Positions 24,801 to 36,922 of a DNA stretch of 64,000 nucleotides are shown in pieces. A program made the position numbers and the translations under genes. The number at the start of each line of letters is the position of its first letter. Positions within the stretch are counted from its first letter, which is position 1. The notes under the pieces are model-generated. The model worked only from the letters and a program-made list of their open reading frames with translations, was not told the DNA's origin and searched no databases. Source of the stretch: Raillietiella orientalis (Eukaryota); the NCBI GenBank assembly GCA_036172245.1, contig JAYWIR010000002.1, positions 1,488,001-1,552,000 of the forward strand, written 5' to 3'.

Positions 24801-27800
24801 GGCGGCTTCCTGACGCGCGTGCCGTCGCCGCGACGCTCCTTCGAACGGATCTCCTCCTTCCCCCACCGTGACGAGGGGTCGCCCCATCTAGATGACCCTT
24901 TCGGGGTCTGGAGGGGTAAAAAAAAAAAAAAAAAAAAAAAAAATGGAAGGAGCGCAGACGCGCACCGAAGGGGGCAACCGGTGTGAAGGGATGCGCGCAG
25001 ACTTTATCTTTTGTTATTCACTGAGCTTCACTGCATGCCGAAAAGACGGGGTAGGGGGTGGAGGGGGGCGTTGGCCCTCGAGGTGCGATCCGGGGAAAGA
25101 GGAGGCACCCAGAGAAATACCGCACGTGCGTTTCCGACGAGGCGATCCCGGAAACGTCACTTGGGCGAGATACACGGACAGCAGCAGCCAGCATCGGGGC
25201 GGGCCCGAGGACCCTGCCCCGGCGAGGGCTAGTCGTCCTCGTGCGGCGCGGGGCACACTGCAGCTGCAGAGTCTCCCCATCTTCACGTGCGTGCGTGGTG
25301 ATGCGTATGGGCGTTCCCCCTGGGCGGGCGGGGAGCGCTCTCGGTCGGCGGACGCAGACGCGGAACCGGCGGGACTCCTCTCCGAGCTGTTGCCGGAAAG
25401 CTCAGGCTGCAGGTCGCGGTGACTCCGGGGTGTGTGTGACCGCATGGCTCCCTTCTCGCAGCTCGTGAACCTTGCGAGCCGAGCAGCACTGCAGCAGGTC
25501 GAGAGGGCTTTGGGCGCCTTCGAGCTCGGTTCGAGAGGGTTCCGCGGTGGACAAGTGACTCAAGGGCGGCGGGATGTACGGACTGGGGCTGCAGGGAGGG
25601 GTCAGGAGGGTGAGGTTGGTGGGGCGGAACATGGAGATGGCTGCTGGGCGCCGTTCTGGTCAGCGGGCAACCCCCTACCGCAGAAGAAGCGCGCGGAGAC
25701 GGTGGAGGAGAGGGAAGAAGCGGGAACCGGCTGATGAGGCAACGACGGGAGGAGGCCACAAGCCGAGAGCTCTTCCTATACTCGCGTGCGTGCGAAGAGA
25801 GGGTGCAGCGGTGGGAGGAAGGTGAGAGGAGGGGTGGTCCGTTCCACTTGCCTCCTCTGCGCATTCCCGGCTGCGGCTGGGCTCGCGAGAAGGGGGAGCG
25901 CGACAACTTGCCGACCGCCCCTTTGCCCCGGGAAGAACAAGGAAGAGGGGCGAGATGAGCGCCCAGATCACGCTGGCACTGAGGCGGTGGCGAAGGAGAA
26001 ATGCGGAGGACGGAGCGGGCTACTCGGGAGAGCTGCCTCCAAGGCATGGTGGGTACCGCATCCCAGTCCCGCCGTCAGGAGGACGACTGTGTCGAGCCAT
26101 GCTTGGGCAGATGAGGGAGGAGGGCAGATCGCCTTGGGGGCACCCTCATTGAGCTCGCCAGGCCTTCCGCGCCCACTTACCCCATCTCCGCAGCTGCCCC
26201 GTTTCCCAACTCCCGTTTCGAAAATGGAAAGCGCCGTTTTCCCCCTTCTGTCTTGCCCACCGTATTCCTCCGCACCCCCCTCCCTCCTCACTCGCACCTC
26301 CCCTCCCGTCTCTGCTTGCCGGACGCCGGGTTTTTGTTTCGGGGAACGTTCCGTTCTCTGCCGCCGCCCTTTTGCTGTTCTCCTGCCCGCCCTTTCGCCC
26401 TCGGGCGCTAGGGAGCCACACGCGCGGGGGAACGCGTTGACGGCGGCCGCGTCGTCCGCCCGCCTTGTCGGCGGCGTTGCAGGGGGGAAACGCCGAGGAG
26501 GGGGTGGGGAGGGGGGAGAGGGAAGGGGCGGAACGCGAGAAAGGAAAGGGTCGTGCGTCGTTGCGCCCGTGGAACTCCCCGCCCGAGGCGCGCGTTTTTC
26601 TGCCGCCGCCTCCCCCCTCTCGAGTTCGGCGCGCCGTGTCCATGGAAACGCACGGGCGCGTCTGGCCGTCGCGGGTTTTCGTGTTTCCCGCTGCGCCTTC
26701 TCCTAGAGTCGTAGTGCGGGAGTGGCAGAGGCGAGGGAGAGTGGGCAGGCAGATCGCCCGTGCGGTCCCTGCCGTTCAGGAGGCGTGGAGGCCCTTCCCC
26801 TCTCCCCCCGCGAGCCGATGCCCTCTACTCGCACGGGGAAGTCGCGCTCGTCTATCTGGGCTTCCCGCGACCAAGGGGTCGGCTCTTACTCGAGTCTCCC
26901 CCCGCGCCTGCTTCCTGCAGCGGCGACTTCCGGCGCCCGGTGCGCGGCCTTCTGGGCTTGGCCGTGGGAACGGCTGGAAGAGCCGCGGCGTTCTGCGCGG
27001 CAGCTGCCTCGTGGGAGTGTGCGCGTCCCTTCCTCCCCCTCCTTTCTTTCTCCTCTCCCCTTTTGGGAGTGCTAGGATTCTGTGCTTTTCCCGGAGCTCG
27101 CGCCGTCTTTGCTCCGCTCCCCCCTTCCTCTCCTCCACCCCTTTTGGGGACGGGGTGATCGCGGGCAATGCTCTCCCTGAGGGTTTGGGAAGGCCCTTCT
27201 CGGGTTTGTTATGGGTTCTCGCCCGCTTCTTCCGGGGGAGCTCATCGTCTCGTCGTCTGCAGCGCCGTGATCGCCGCGACCTCGGGGGCAGTAGCAGGGG
27301 AGGCTCCGGAAGTTCCAGGAAACAACTGTCTCTTTCTCCTCCTCCTCCCCCCTCTCGAGGTGGAAAAATTCCCGTGTGCAGCAGTGCTTCGGTCGCCTGC
27401 GTGGAGGCAGGCTGTCCCAGGGTGTGCTGGGAGGTCAGCTGCATTATGCGTGCTTTGCTCAGAACCGAACCGGGAGGAAGAGGGGCCTGGATTGACGGGA
27501 AGGGCTGGGGGACGTGCAACCGAAGGGCGCACCTGGGTGCTTTTCGGCGTGCCTTCCGGCGCAGCCTCTTCCTTTCGACGGCTCTCTCGGCTGCACGCGG
27601 GCACCCGGAGGGCAGCGTCCCCCCTTCCCCCCCTGAGGCTCGATGGGGGGAGGGTAGAGGGAAGGGCACTCTTGCTGCAGGGAGGAAGACTTGTAGTCGT
27701 TCTTAGCACGCTTTTTCCAAACGGAAGTTGGCACCGTCGTCGGGGAGCGAACACTTCCCGACCACTAATCGAAGAAGGCACTCACTCCATCGAGGCGGGT

Positions 27801-30800
27801 AGGAGCGGTGCTTATGGGAGGGGAGGGGAGGGTGGGAGGAAGGAGTTTAGAGTTTCCCATTTCATCTTCAATGTGGATCGCGGGGAGCGGAATCCATGGC
27901 TGCCGAGGGCACTCACCTTTGCAGCTTCTGGCACTCTGGAGGGGCGGTAAGACCTGGCAGGACGGGGAGCTCTTCGCTGTTGCAGTCGGGAGACTCCCTC
28001 CTCCTCCCCCTCCCGGAAGGTTGATTGTTGAAACACCAGTTCCCGGAAGGCGGCAGGTTTGCCCTGCACTGGCTCGGTGCTTCCGTTCCGTGCTGCTACA
28101 GGCGCACGGGAGTCTCCCTGAAGCGAGAAAGCCGAAAGATGCGCACAGAGGTCCCCCGGAGGTCACCCTGTCGCGTTACTGGGATTCCCCGAACCCTCGT
28201 TGCAGGTGCGCGCCCTCTCCCTGTGGCTCGAGGGTTTCCTCGCTCGCGCAGGAGAGAAGAGGACGGACTCCTTTCTGTGGTTGCTGCGATCTCCCAGCGG
28301 GTTCCTCTGCCTGGGGCAGTTCGCAGGGTATGCCTGCTGCAGCCCCAAACTCGCCTTTATCGTTTTTTTTTTTTTTTTTTTCTTGATGCTGCTCCGCTGC
28401 CGCATCAAGCCCAGAGGGCCGTTGACGCCGAGCTCCCGGCCGGATTCTGCAGGGAGCGCTTGCTGGCGCGCGCTTCCTCATCTGCCCCCGACGCGCGCGC
28501 GATGGCCGCTCCGCTCCCCCCGCCTTTTCAAATCTTCCGCCTTCTTTCCACCTGGGGATGTCGACTCACGTGACCTTTTTCAGCTGCACCCCGATGTTCG
28601 TCGGAGAGTACTGCGAGTACCTGAATCCTTGCTACAAAGGACCTGGACCCAAGTGCCAAAACGGTGGGACGTGCAACGTCCTCCTGTCTTCGAATTCTCC
28701 GCCCAAATTTTCCTGCTCCTGCCCTCTGGGGTACGGGGCGTCTCTGTGCGAAATACACGTCCCCAACGCCTGTGATTCGAGTCCCTGCCTGAACGGAGGA
28801 TCCTGCGCCCTGGTGGAGATCAACAGGTTCACGTGCTCCTGCTCCACCGGCTATCGAGGTGGGTGGCTTGGGAGTGTATCCGCCTGCAGCAGCTGCGTGC
28901 TGCGCCTTCTCCCAGGAGACTTCTGCGAGCTGCATGACCACTGCGCGTCCCAGCCGTGCCGGAATGGAGCGATGTGTCATTCCTCCCAGAACAACTACAC
29001 GTGCACGTGCACCAGTCAGTTCACCGGTCCGACGTGCACCACGGACGTTGACGAGTGCTTGAACGACCCCTGCGTCCACGGGATGTGCCAGAACACCATG
29101 GGCTCCTACATGTAAGAAGTCGGGGTTTGCTCCTCCCCCTTTTCGGTCCAGCGCCCGCTCCAGATGCAACTGCGATGTTGGTTACACCGGCCAGAACTGC
29201 GAGTCGGTGTACTTCCCTTGCGACCCGTCCCCCTGCCAGAACGGCGGCCGCTGCATCGTCACTGATCGCAGCGCCTACAAGTACAAATGTTCCTGTCCCT
29301 CCGGTGAGTCGGAGGGGCGAATGAAGTGACAAGGGGAGGAGACGAGAGAGTTTTTCTTGCTCGTAATCGCGCCCCTCGAAGGAAGCCTTGTGGCCGGTGC
29401 GCTCGTGGGAACGTTCCCACAGTGTCCGTCCGCCTTGCTAATGACCTTTTTTTTTTCTTCTGTTTTTTGCTTTCCTTTTTTTTAATGTCTTCCCATTTGC
29501 AGGCTTCGCTGGCTTCCACTGCGAAACCAATGTCGATGATTGTCCGGGACACCTGTGCCAGAACAATGCGACTTGCCTGGACGGTATCAATGCGTACGCC
29601 TGCCAGTGCCCGCCGTATTACACGGGACAGTACTGCGCCCAGGATATCGACGAGTGCGCCTTCCGCCCGTCGGTGTGCAAGAATGGCGCGACGTGCAGCA
29701 ACACCGTGGGCGGGTTCTCCTGCATCTGCGTCAACGGCTGGACGGGGCAGGACTGCGGAGAAAACATCGATGACTGCGCCGGCGCCGCCTGCTTCAACGG
29801 AGCAACCTGCAAAGACCGCGTAGGCAGCTTCCACTGCCAGTGCACCCCGGGGAAGACGGGGCTGCTCTGCCACCTGGACGACGCCTGCGCCTCGAACCCC
29901 TGCCACGAGGGCGCCATGTGCGACACGAACCCCATCGACGGGGGATATCTGTGCTCCTGCCCCGGAGGTTACAAGGGCGTCGATTGCACCGAAGATGTGG
30001 ACGAGTGCAGCGAAGGGTCGCCATGCGAACACGACGGCATCTGCGTGAACACGCCCGGGTCGTTCCGCTGCAATTGCAGCAGAGGTTTCACCGGTCCACG
30101 CTGCGAGATCAACATCAACGAGTGCGACTCGAGCCCCTGCAAGAACGAAGGAACCTGCTTGGACGACCGAGGAGCTTTCCGTTGCGTTTGCATGCCAGGT
30201 GCGCGCTTCGCAGATTTTGTTCTCCCCGAGCAGCAACCTTCGCCCGAGCCCTTCCCGAGACACCCGGCGTCTTGCCCGCGTCCCCCCTCCCCTCCCTTTT
30301 CTTCTTTCACTCCTCACGGCACACTTTGGTCTTTAGCGGAAAAGCGCCGCTTCGTCGCGTTGCGATGCCGGTACAATTTTCAGCAACTTCTTCGACCCCG
30401 CGCTGTGTTCCGTTTACCTTTCGTCTCCCTTCGGAAGAACACCGCTGTATCTTTCGGGAATGTCCCTTGCCGCGACGCTTCCCTCGTTTGGGATTCCAAC
30501 CGGAGGGTGCGTCTCAGGATGGGCCGCTGGCGCTGGTCGCTCGGTGGTGCGCGCTCTTCAGCACCACCCCCTTCCCAAGCTTCGCGAGCCTCCCAAGCAA
30601 ATAAAAACGCCTCGCATGTCCGTTCTCACGATCGTGTTTCCTAGGTTACACGGGCACCATGTGCGAGACAGACGTGGACGAGTGCGCCTCATACCCCTGC
30701 TACAACAGCGGCATTTGCCACGACTTGATCAACGACTACTCCTGCACCTGCCCGGAGGGATTCACAGGCAAGGACCCCTCTCCCGTGGCGCGCGGTGCGA

Positions 30801-33800
30801 TGATTCCTCACTGATTCTGACATTTGCAGGCAAGAAGTGTCAGGAGAACATAGACGACTGCGCTAGCTCCCCCTGCCAGAACGAAGGCACCTGCAGAGAC
30901 CTCAGGGCCGGATACTCATGTAGCTGCCTTCCTGGTTATTCCGGTGAGAGAGCGCGCGCCAGCAGCGAAGACGGCGCCTTCCTGACCACGGCGTCGTTGT
31001 CCACCCCAGGGGTGAACTGCGAGTTCGACATCAACGACTGTCAGAGCTCCTCTTGTCTCAACGGGAGATGCGTCGACCGCGTGAACTCATTCTTCTGCAT
31101 CTGCGACCCCGGGTGGACCGGCCTCTTCTGCCAGACGAGGATCGACGAGTGCGAGTCCAGCCCCTGCCTGCACGGGGGCACCTGCGAAAACCTGAAGAGT
31201 GGCTACCGTTGCAGCTGCCCTCCCGGAACCTACGGCCCCACGTGCGCAGAGAACGCGAACGAGTGCGCCTCCAACCCGTGCCGCAACGGAGCGACCTGCG
31301 AGGACGACATCAACAAGTATACTTGCAAGTGCCTTCCTGGCTACTCCGGTGAGGGTCGATTCCGCCGACGGCGGTCCCGCGACGTGCGCGCGCCACTACG
31401 CCCTCTTTCCTCTTTGTTGCAGGGCTCCACTGCGAGACGGACGTCAACGAGTGTGCGTCGAACCCCTGCGCCAACGGCGGCCAGTGCCTGGACCTCATCG
31501 GCACGTTCCGGTGCTCTTGCCCCCCCGGCTACTACGACGCCCGCTGCCTCAGCGACGTTAACGAGTGCGCGTCCAGCCCCTGCCTGAACGGAGGCACGTG
31601 CGAAGACGACGTCGGGCGGTACCGCTGCCACTGCAAGCCCGGGTACACGGGCGGCCGCTGCGAGCGCGAGATCGACGAGTGCGCCTCCAACCCGTGCCGG
31701 CACAATGGCAGCTGCCGTGACATGCTGAATGCGTACTCTTGCACGTGCCAGCGAGGGTTCACTGGTGTGAACTGCGAGACGAACATCGATGAGTGCGCCA
31801 GCTCGCCGTGCGCCAACGGAGGCACGTGCATCGACCTGGTGAACGAGTACAGGTGCGCCTGCAAAGTACCGTACACCGGCGCCCACTGCCAGCAGGAGAT
31901 GGACCCATGCACGCCCAACAGGTGCCGCAACGGCGCCCGTTGCATCCCTTCCAGCAACTACCAAGACTTCCTTTGCGCGTGCGAGTTGGGGTACACGGGC
32001 CTTCTGTGCGACGAAGATATTGACGAGTGCAGCGTGTCTTCCCCGTGCCGGAACGGAGGGACGTGCGTGAACACGAACGGATCGTACATCTGCCGATGCG
32101 CCGTCGGCTACGAAGGGCGCAACTGCCTGATTGACACGGACGACTGCGCGGCGTTTCCGTGCCAAAACGGCGGGACCTGCCTAGATGGCAAGGGCGGATA
32201 CACGTGCGTGTGCGCCGACGGTTTCGGCGGCGAACACTGTCAGAAGGACATCGACGAGTGCTTGTCCTCCCCGTGCCAGAACGGTGCCACCTGCCGCCAT
32301 TACGTGAACTCGTACACGTGCAGCTGCCCGCCGGGCTTCTCGGGGACCAACTGCCAGACCAACGACGAGGACTGCACCTTGTCCAGCTGCGTGAACGGGG
32401 GAAGCTGCATCGATGGGATCAACAGCTACACGTGCTCCTGCCTGCCGGGCTTCACCGGCTCCAACTGCCAGCACCCCATCCGCGAATGCGACTCCAGCCC
32501 TTGCCTCCACAGCTCTATGTGCCAGGACACCGCATTCGGCTTCAGCTGCCGGTGCGCCTACGGGTGGACCGGGCAGCGCTGCGAGCAGCCAGTGGACTGG
32601 TGTGCCGCGCGGCCATGCCTGAACGGCGCGACTTGCCGCCAGATCAACAACACGTACCACTGCTCGTGCAGTCCCGGATGGACCGGGATGCATTGCGACG
32701 TGGAAATGGTGTCCTGCAAGGATGCCGCCCTGCGCAAAGGCACCAGCGTCGATCGGCTGTGCAGGAATGGCGGCGTATGCGAAGACATCGGCAACGTCCA
32801 CCGCTGCCGTTGCGCGGACGGCTACGATGGCTCCTATTGCGAGCACGAAGTCGACGAGTGCGCATCCTCTCCCTGCAGGAACGGTGGCACCTGCCGCGAC
32901 CTGGTAGGCTCGTACTCGTGCTCTTGCGCCCCCGGGTTCCAAGGCCATAGCTGCGAGTTCGACATCAACGAGTGCGATCCGAACCCATGCCAGCACGATG
33001 GACTCTGCCACGACTTGATCAACCAGTACGCTTGCTCTTGCCCCCCTGGCGCTCTGGGCAAGTTATGCGAGATCAACGTGAACGACTGCTTTGCCGGCGC
33101 CTGCCACCACGGGGGCACCTGTGTCGACCGCATCGGTGGCTACACGTGCCACTGTCCACCGGGTTACGTGGGCGCGCGCTGCGAGGGAGACATCAACGAG
33201 TGTTTGGACAATGTGTGCTTGCCGGAGGGCACACAGGATTGCATCCAGCTGGTCAACGACTACCGCTGCAGCTGCCGCCCCGGGTACGCCGGCAGGCATT
33301 GCGAGCGCAAGATCGACCTCTGCGAGAGCTCGCCGTGCCTGAACGGTGGCCTGTGCCTCGCCAGGCGGTCCGGCCACGAGTGCGTATGCCAGTCGGGTTT
33401 CTTCGGCCCCAACTGCGAGTTCCATGGGTCCGCGTGCGACTCCGGCCCGTGCCAGAACGGCGGCCAGTGCCGACCTGGTGCCGGTGATGACCCCCGCAGC
33501 TTCTCGTGCGCCTGCCCGCATGGCACGTCCGGACGCTTCTGCGAGCTGGACGTGCTGGACGAGTGCGAGATCGAACCTTGCCTGCACGAAGGGATTTGCG
33601 CGGACCTGCCCGGAGGCTTCCAGTGCGAGTGCCCTCGCAAATGGAACGGCCTGCGCTGCCAGAGACACGACCCAGAGTTCCCCGGGGGCGTTGGCAAGGA
33701 ATTGCTCCCGGACGAGCGGTCGAATGCTGCCCACCCGGATTACGACCTAGAGCGCGAGAGGAAGAAGTGCGCCTGGAACGATTGCCCTAACGTTGCGGGC

Positions 33801-36800
33801 AACGGCCGCTGCGACAACCTGTGCAACACGCTGGCATGCAACTTCGACGGGGGGGATTGCACCTTGGGCGTCGATCCATGGGCCAACTGCTCCTCGCCCA
33901 GGCTGTGTTGGAACCTCTTCATGAACGGACGCTGCGACGAGGAATGCAACAACGCCCCCTGCCTCTTCGACGGACGCGACTGCGAGAAGTCCTTGGATTC
34001 CTGCAAGTAAGTGGTTGCCGACCCCTTCCTGCTCGAAAGCTGCACCTTCAATCCTTCTGCAGTGCCATCTATGACGCGTACTGCCAGGAGCACTTCAACA
34101 ACGGGAAGTGCGACTCCGGGTGCAACAACGCCGAGTGCAACTGGGACGGCTTGGACTGTGAAGTCGGCCCTGCTGTGATCGCCGACGGGGAGCTGCGGGT
34201 CGTGTTGTTGTTGGAGATGAGCGTCTTCCGGTCGAACAACCGGTCTTTCCTGCGCTCTCTCGGCCACGAACTGCGCACCGTTCTACGCATCCGGATGGAC
34301 GAGTTGGGCAACGAGATGGTGTACCCGTGGAAGGAGGACCCTTCCCGACACGGCACCTCCGGCGTCAGGGTGCACCTGGAGATGGACAACCGCCGGTGCC
34401 GTTCCGAGAACATCGAGTGCTTCTCGTCAACTGCGGAAGCTGCCAAGTACCTCGGAGCTCTGGAGGCCAGCGAGAAGTCGCTGCTCGGGTTTCCGATCCT
34501 GGAGGTGACCGGAGCGGACGAGAAGAGGAACCCTGGTGGGAGCAGCTCATCGCAAACCGCGGTCGTGGTTGTGGTCGTGCTCTTCGTGACCTGCGTGGTG
34601 CTCGCCTTCGGTGTGGGCATCAGCACACAGCACAAGCGCGCCCGCGGGATCACGTGGTTCCCGGAATTTGGCGGCTCCGGTCAGGTGCGCGCCGAGTCCC
34701 GGAGGAAGTGCCCCGATGGCCAGGAGATGAAGCACATGAAGCATCAGCAGATGCAGCAGCCGTCGGCCGCGTCCCGGCAGGAGTCCGTCTTTGGGCATTT
34801 CCCCTCCCGTTGGAGCGATGACGAAGAGTCCGAGCCCCAGAGCAAGAAGGTGCGGTCCGAGGGCGGCTACTCTACGGACCAGTCGGTGCTGACCGAACTT
34901 GACGAGTCCGACCCACGCCGCTGGACGCAGCGCCATCTGGACGCCGCCGACGTGCGGGATCCGGAGATCCTTGCGCTGACTCCAGACGTAAGCGACCGTT
35001 TTCTCGTCCCCTAGGCGCACGGAGCTCCCTGCCCTCCTTCTCCCATTCCAGATTCAAGAAGGGAAGCCAAACTTCCATGTGGATGCCAGAGGTCCTGGAG
35101 GCTTCACTCCCTTGATGCTGGCATCCTTTCGCGGCTGTCACAGCCTAGACACCGGCGAGGACGAGGACGATTGCGGGTGCGCTGCCGTCATCCAAGACCT
35201 CCTTACGCAGGGCGCGGACATCCACGCTCGCTCGGAAGTGTACGCGGAGACGCCTCTGCACTTGGCTGCGCGCAACCTGCGCGTGGACGCTGCAAAGCGC
35301 CTGCTAGAGGCCGGGGCCGACGCCAACCTGAAGGACAAAAACGGGCGCACCGCCCTGCACGCAGCCGTCGCTGCTGACGCCCAGGGTGTCTTCCAGGTGA
35401 GGAACGGCGACGAGCGCACCACGCCCGCTCGCCCGTCACCCTCGCGAACGTGCACATCACCTCCCTTCAGATCCTGCTGAGGAGCCGCCTTACCGATCTG
35501 AACGCCCAGACCAATGAAGGACTCACGGCCCTGATGCTGGCTGCCCGGCTGGAACCGAAGGGGATCGTGCAGGACCTGTGCGCCGCCAACGCCGACGTCA
35601 ACATCACCGACAACCTCGGCCGCACGGCACTGCATTGGGCCGCCTCCGTGAACAACATGCAGGACGTCGCGGTCCTGCTCGCCCACGGTGCTAACCGTGA
35701 CGCCCAGGATCACAAGGACTGCACGCCCCTTTACCTGGCGGCCCGGGAAGGCGCGATGGAGGTCTGCAAGCTCCTGCTGAACAAGATGGCGAACCGGGAC
35801 ATCGCGGACGAGGAGGACCTGCTGCCCCGGGACGCCGCCCTGCGGATGGGGCACCACGACATCGTGAAGCTGCTCGACGAGCACGTGCCCAGTGGTCCGC
35901 AGGTGCCCTCCGCGCTCCACGTGGGCGCCGGATCGGTCCCCCTGGGAGCGATGCTTCCTTCTCCGGTGCAGGGCAAGGTGCCGCCCAAGGTCAAGAAGCG
36001 CACCAAGACCGCTATCCCCTGCCACTCGGCGGCGGTGGCCGTCGCACCCCCGGTCCCACCGCAGGCATTCCTCTCTCTCGGCTCTCCCGAGGGAGGGGAC
36101 GGCCGCCGTGGCCGGAAGCCCGTCGTCGTGGGCGGCGGCGGCAGCCTCCGCAGGAAACAGTCGGACAGCAGCCCATCGCAGCCATCCCTCGAGTCCCCTC
36201 CGCTCCTGCACCCGACGCCGACGGATGCCAGTGGTGGCAGCGTCCCATCCCCGTACTCACAGTTCGTTCCCGTGACCCACGCCCACCACCCCCATCCCCC
36301 AAGCTACGAAGACTGTCTGACTGCTTCCATGAACCCCGTGAACCCTTACCAGGGTCTGCTGATGGACCCGGGAGGGAGCGCAGGGGGTGCTCTCAGCGTC
36401 AGCGGCGGGGGAAGTGCGTACGGCGGCTTTGGGTTGAGTTTGTTCCCTCCCCCGCACGCTGCGGTGACCCAGGTGTCGCCACCCAAGGCCACCCTGATGA
36501 CCACTGCTTCGTCCCTTTCCCTGGGCGGAACGATGAGGGCGCCCCCTCCGCACGGCGGCGGCGGAGGCGGCGCCTCCGGCGGAGTGGAGTTCACGCAAGT
36601 GCAGGAAAGCGTCCCCTACCCCGCTGCTCCCGGCTACGGACAACAGTATCCCTACATCCAGTACCCCACTCCGCCCTCCGTGCACTCCCTCGTGGGTTGC
36701 GAGATCCCCACTGCGGCGACCCAGCACATCGTGCCCGAGAACTACTTGACCCCCTCCCCGGACCCCAACTCTCCCGGAAACTGGTCTCCCAACTCCCCTT

Positions 36801-36922
36801 TTTCCCAGTCGGACTGCTCGGAGGAGCAGCTCAGCCCCAAGTCGTACGCCAACGTGCGCCAGCTGCCCCCTCACCTGCTGCTGCACCCCTCCTTGAAGCA
36901 GTCGCAAGCGGTCTACCTGTGA
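18801..36922 (+). CDS. Notch: Notch receptor (13 coding exons, 2448 aa)
   Basis: Exons 18801-18879, 23742-23820, 28584-28858, 28916-29111, 29164-29303, 29503-30198, 30645-30767, 30830-30943, 31010-31348, 31423-34006, 34063-34987, 35052-35396, 35471-36922. They total 7347 nt and all phases join in frame. The product has a signal peptide, 36 EGF repeats, 3 LNR, HD ([10 protein letters not shown]), TM, RAM (ITWFP), ankyrin repeats ([18 protein letters not shown]) and PEST (YLTPSP). Confidence 0.97.
23742..23820 (+). CDS. Notch: Notch coding exon 2 (first half of EGF1)
   Basis: tttttag|[28 protein letters not shown]|gtgagt. The phase-2 end joins the exon at 28584 to complete EGF1 ([11 protein letters not shown]). 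Confidence 0.93.
29404..29421. promoter_or_regulatory. Inverted pair of Su(H)/CSL consensus sites in Notch intron 5
   Basis: CGTGGGAA-CG-TTCCCACA, containing the perfect 16-bp palindrome GTGGGAACGTTCCCAC. Confidence 0.4.

Noticed and set aside
1336..28381. Long poly(A)/poly(T)/poly(C) runs and GCC/GGA/GT microsatellites
   Set aside because: Simple low-complexity sequence with no linked TSDs or element bodies; run lengths may be sequencing-dependent.
15764..28573. Many long Arg/Gly/Pro/Ser-rich ORFs (up to ~410 aa) on both strands
   Set aside because: No domain motifs and overlapping in all frames. Expected from high GC and microsatellites in Notch upstream and intronic DNA.
29503..33660. 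~114-bp periodic repeats (GACGAGTGC...AACGG) resembling an array
   Set aside because: These are EGF coding repeats, not CRISPR or satellite; no cas genes and the context is eukaryotic.
28528..36907. Long antisense and alternate-frame ORFs over Notch
   Set aside because: Shadow ORFs produced by strong GC3 codon bias.
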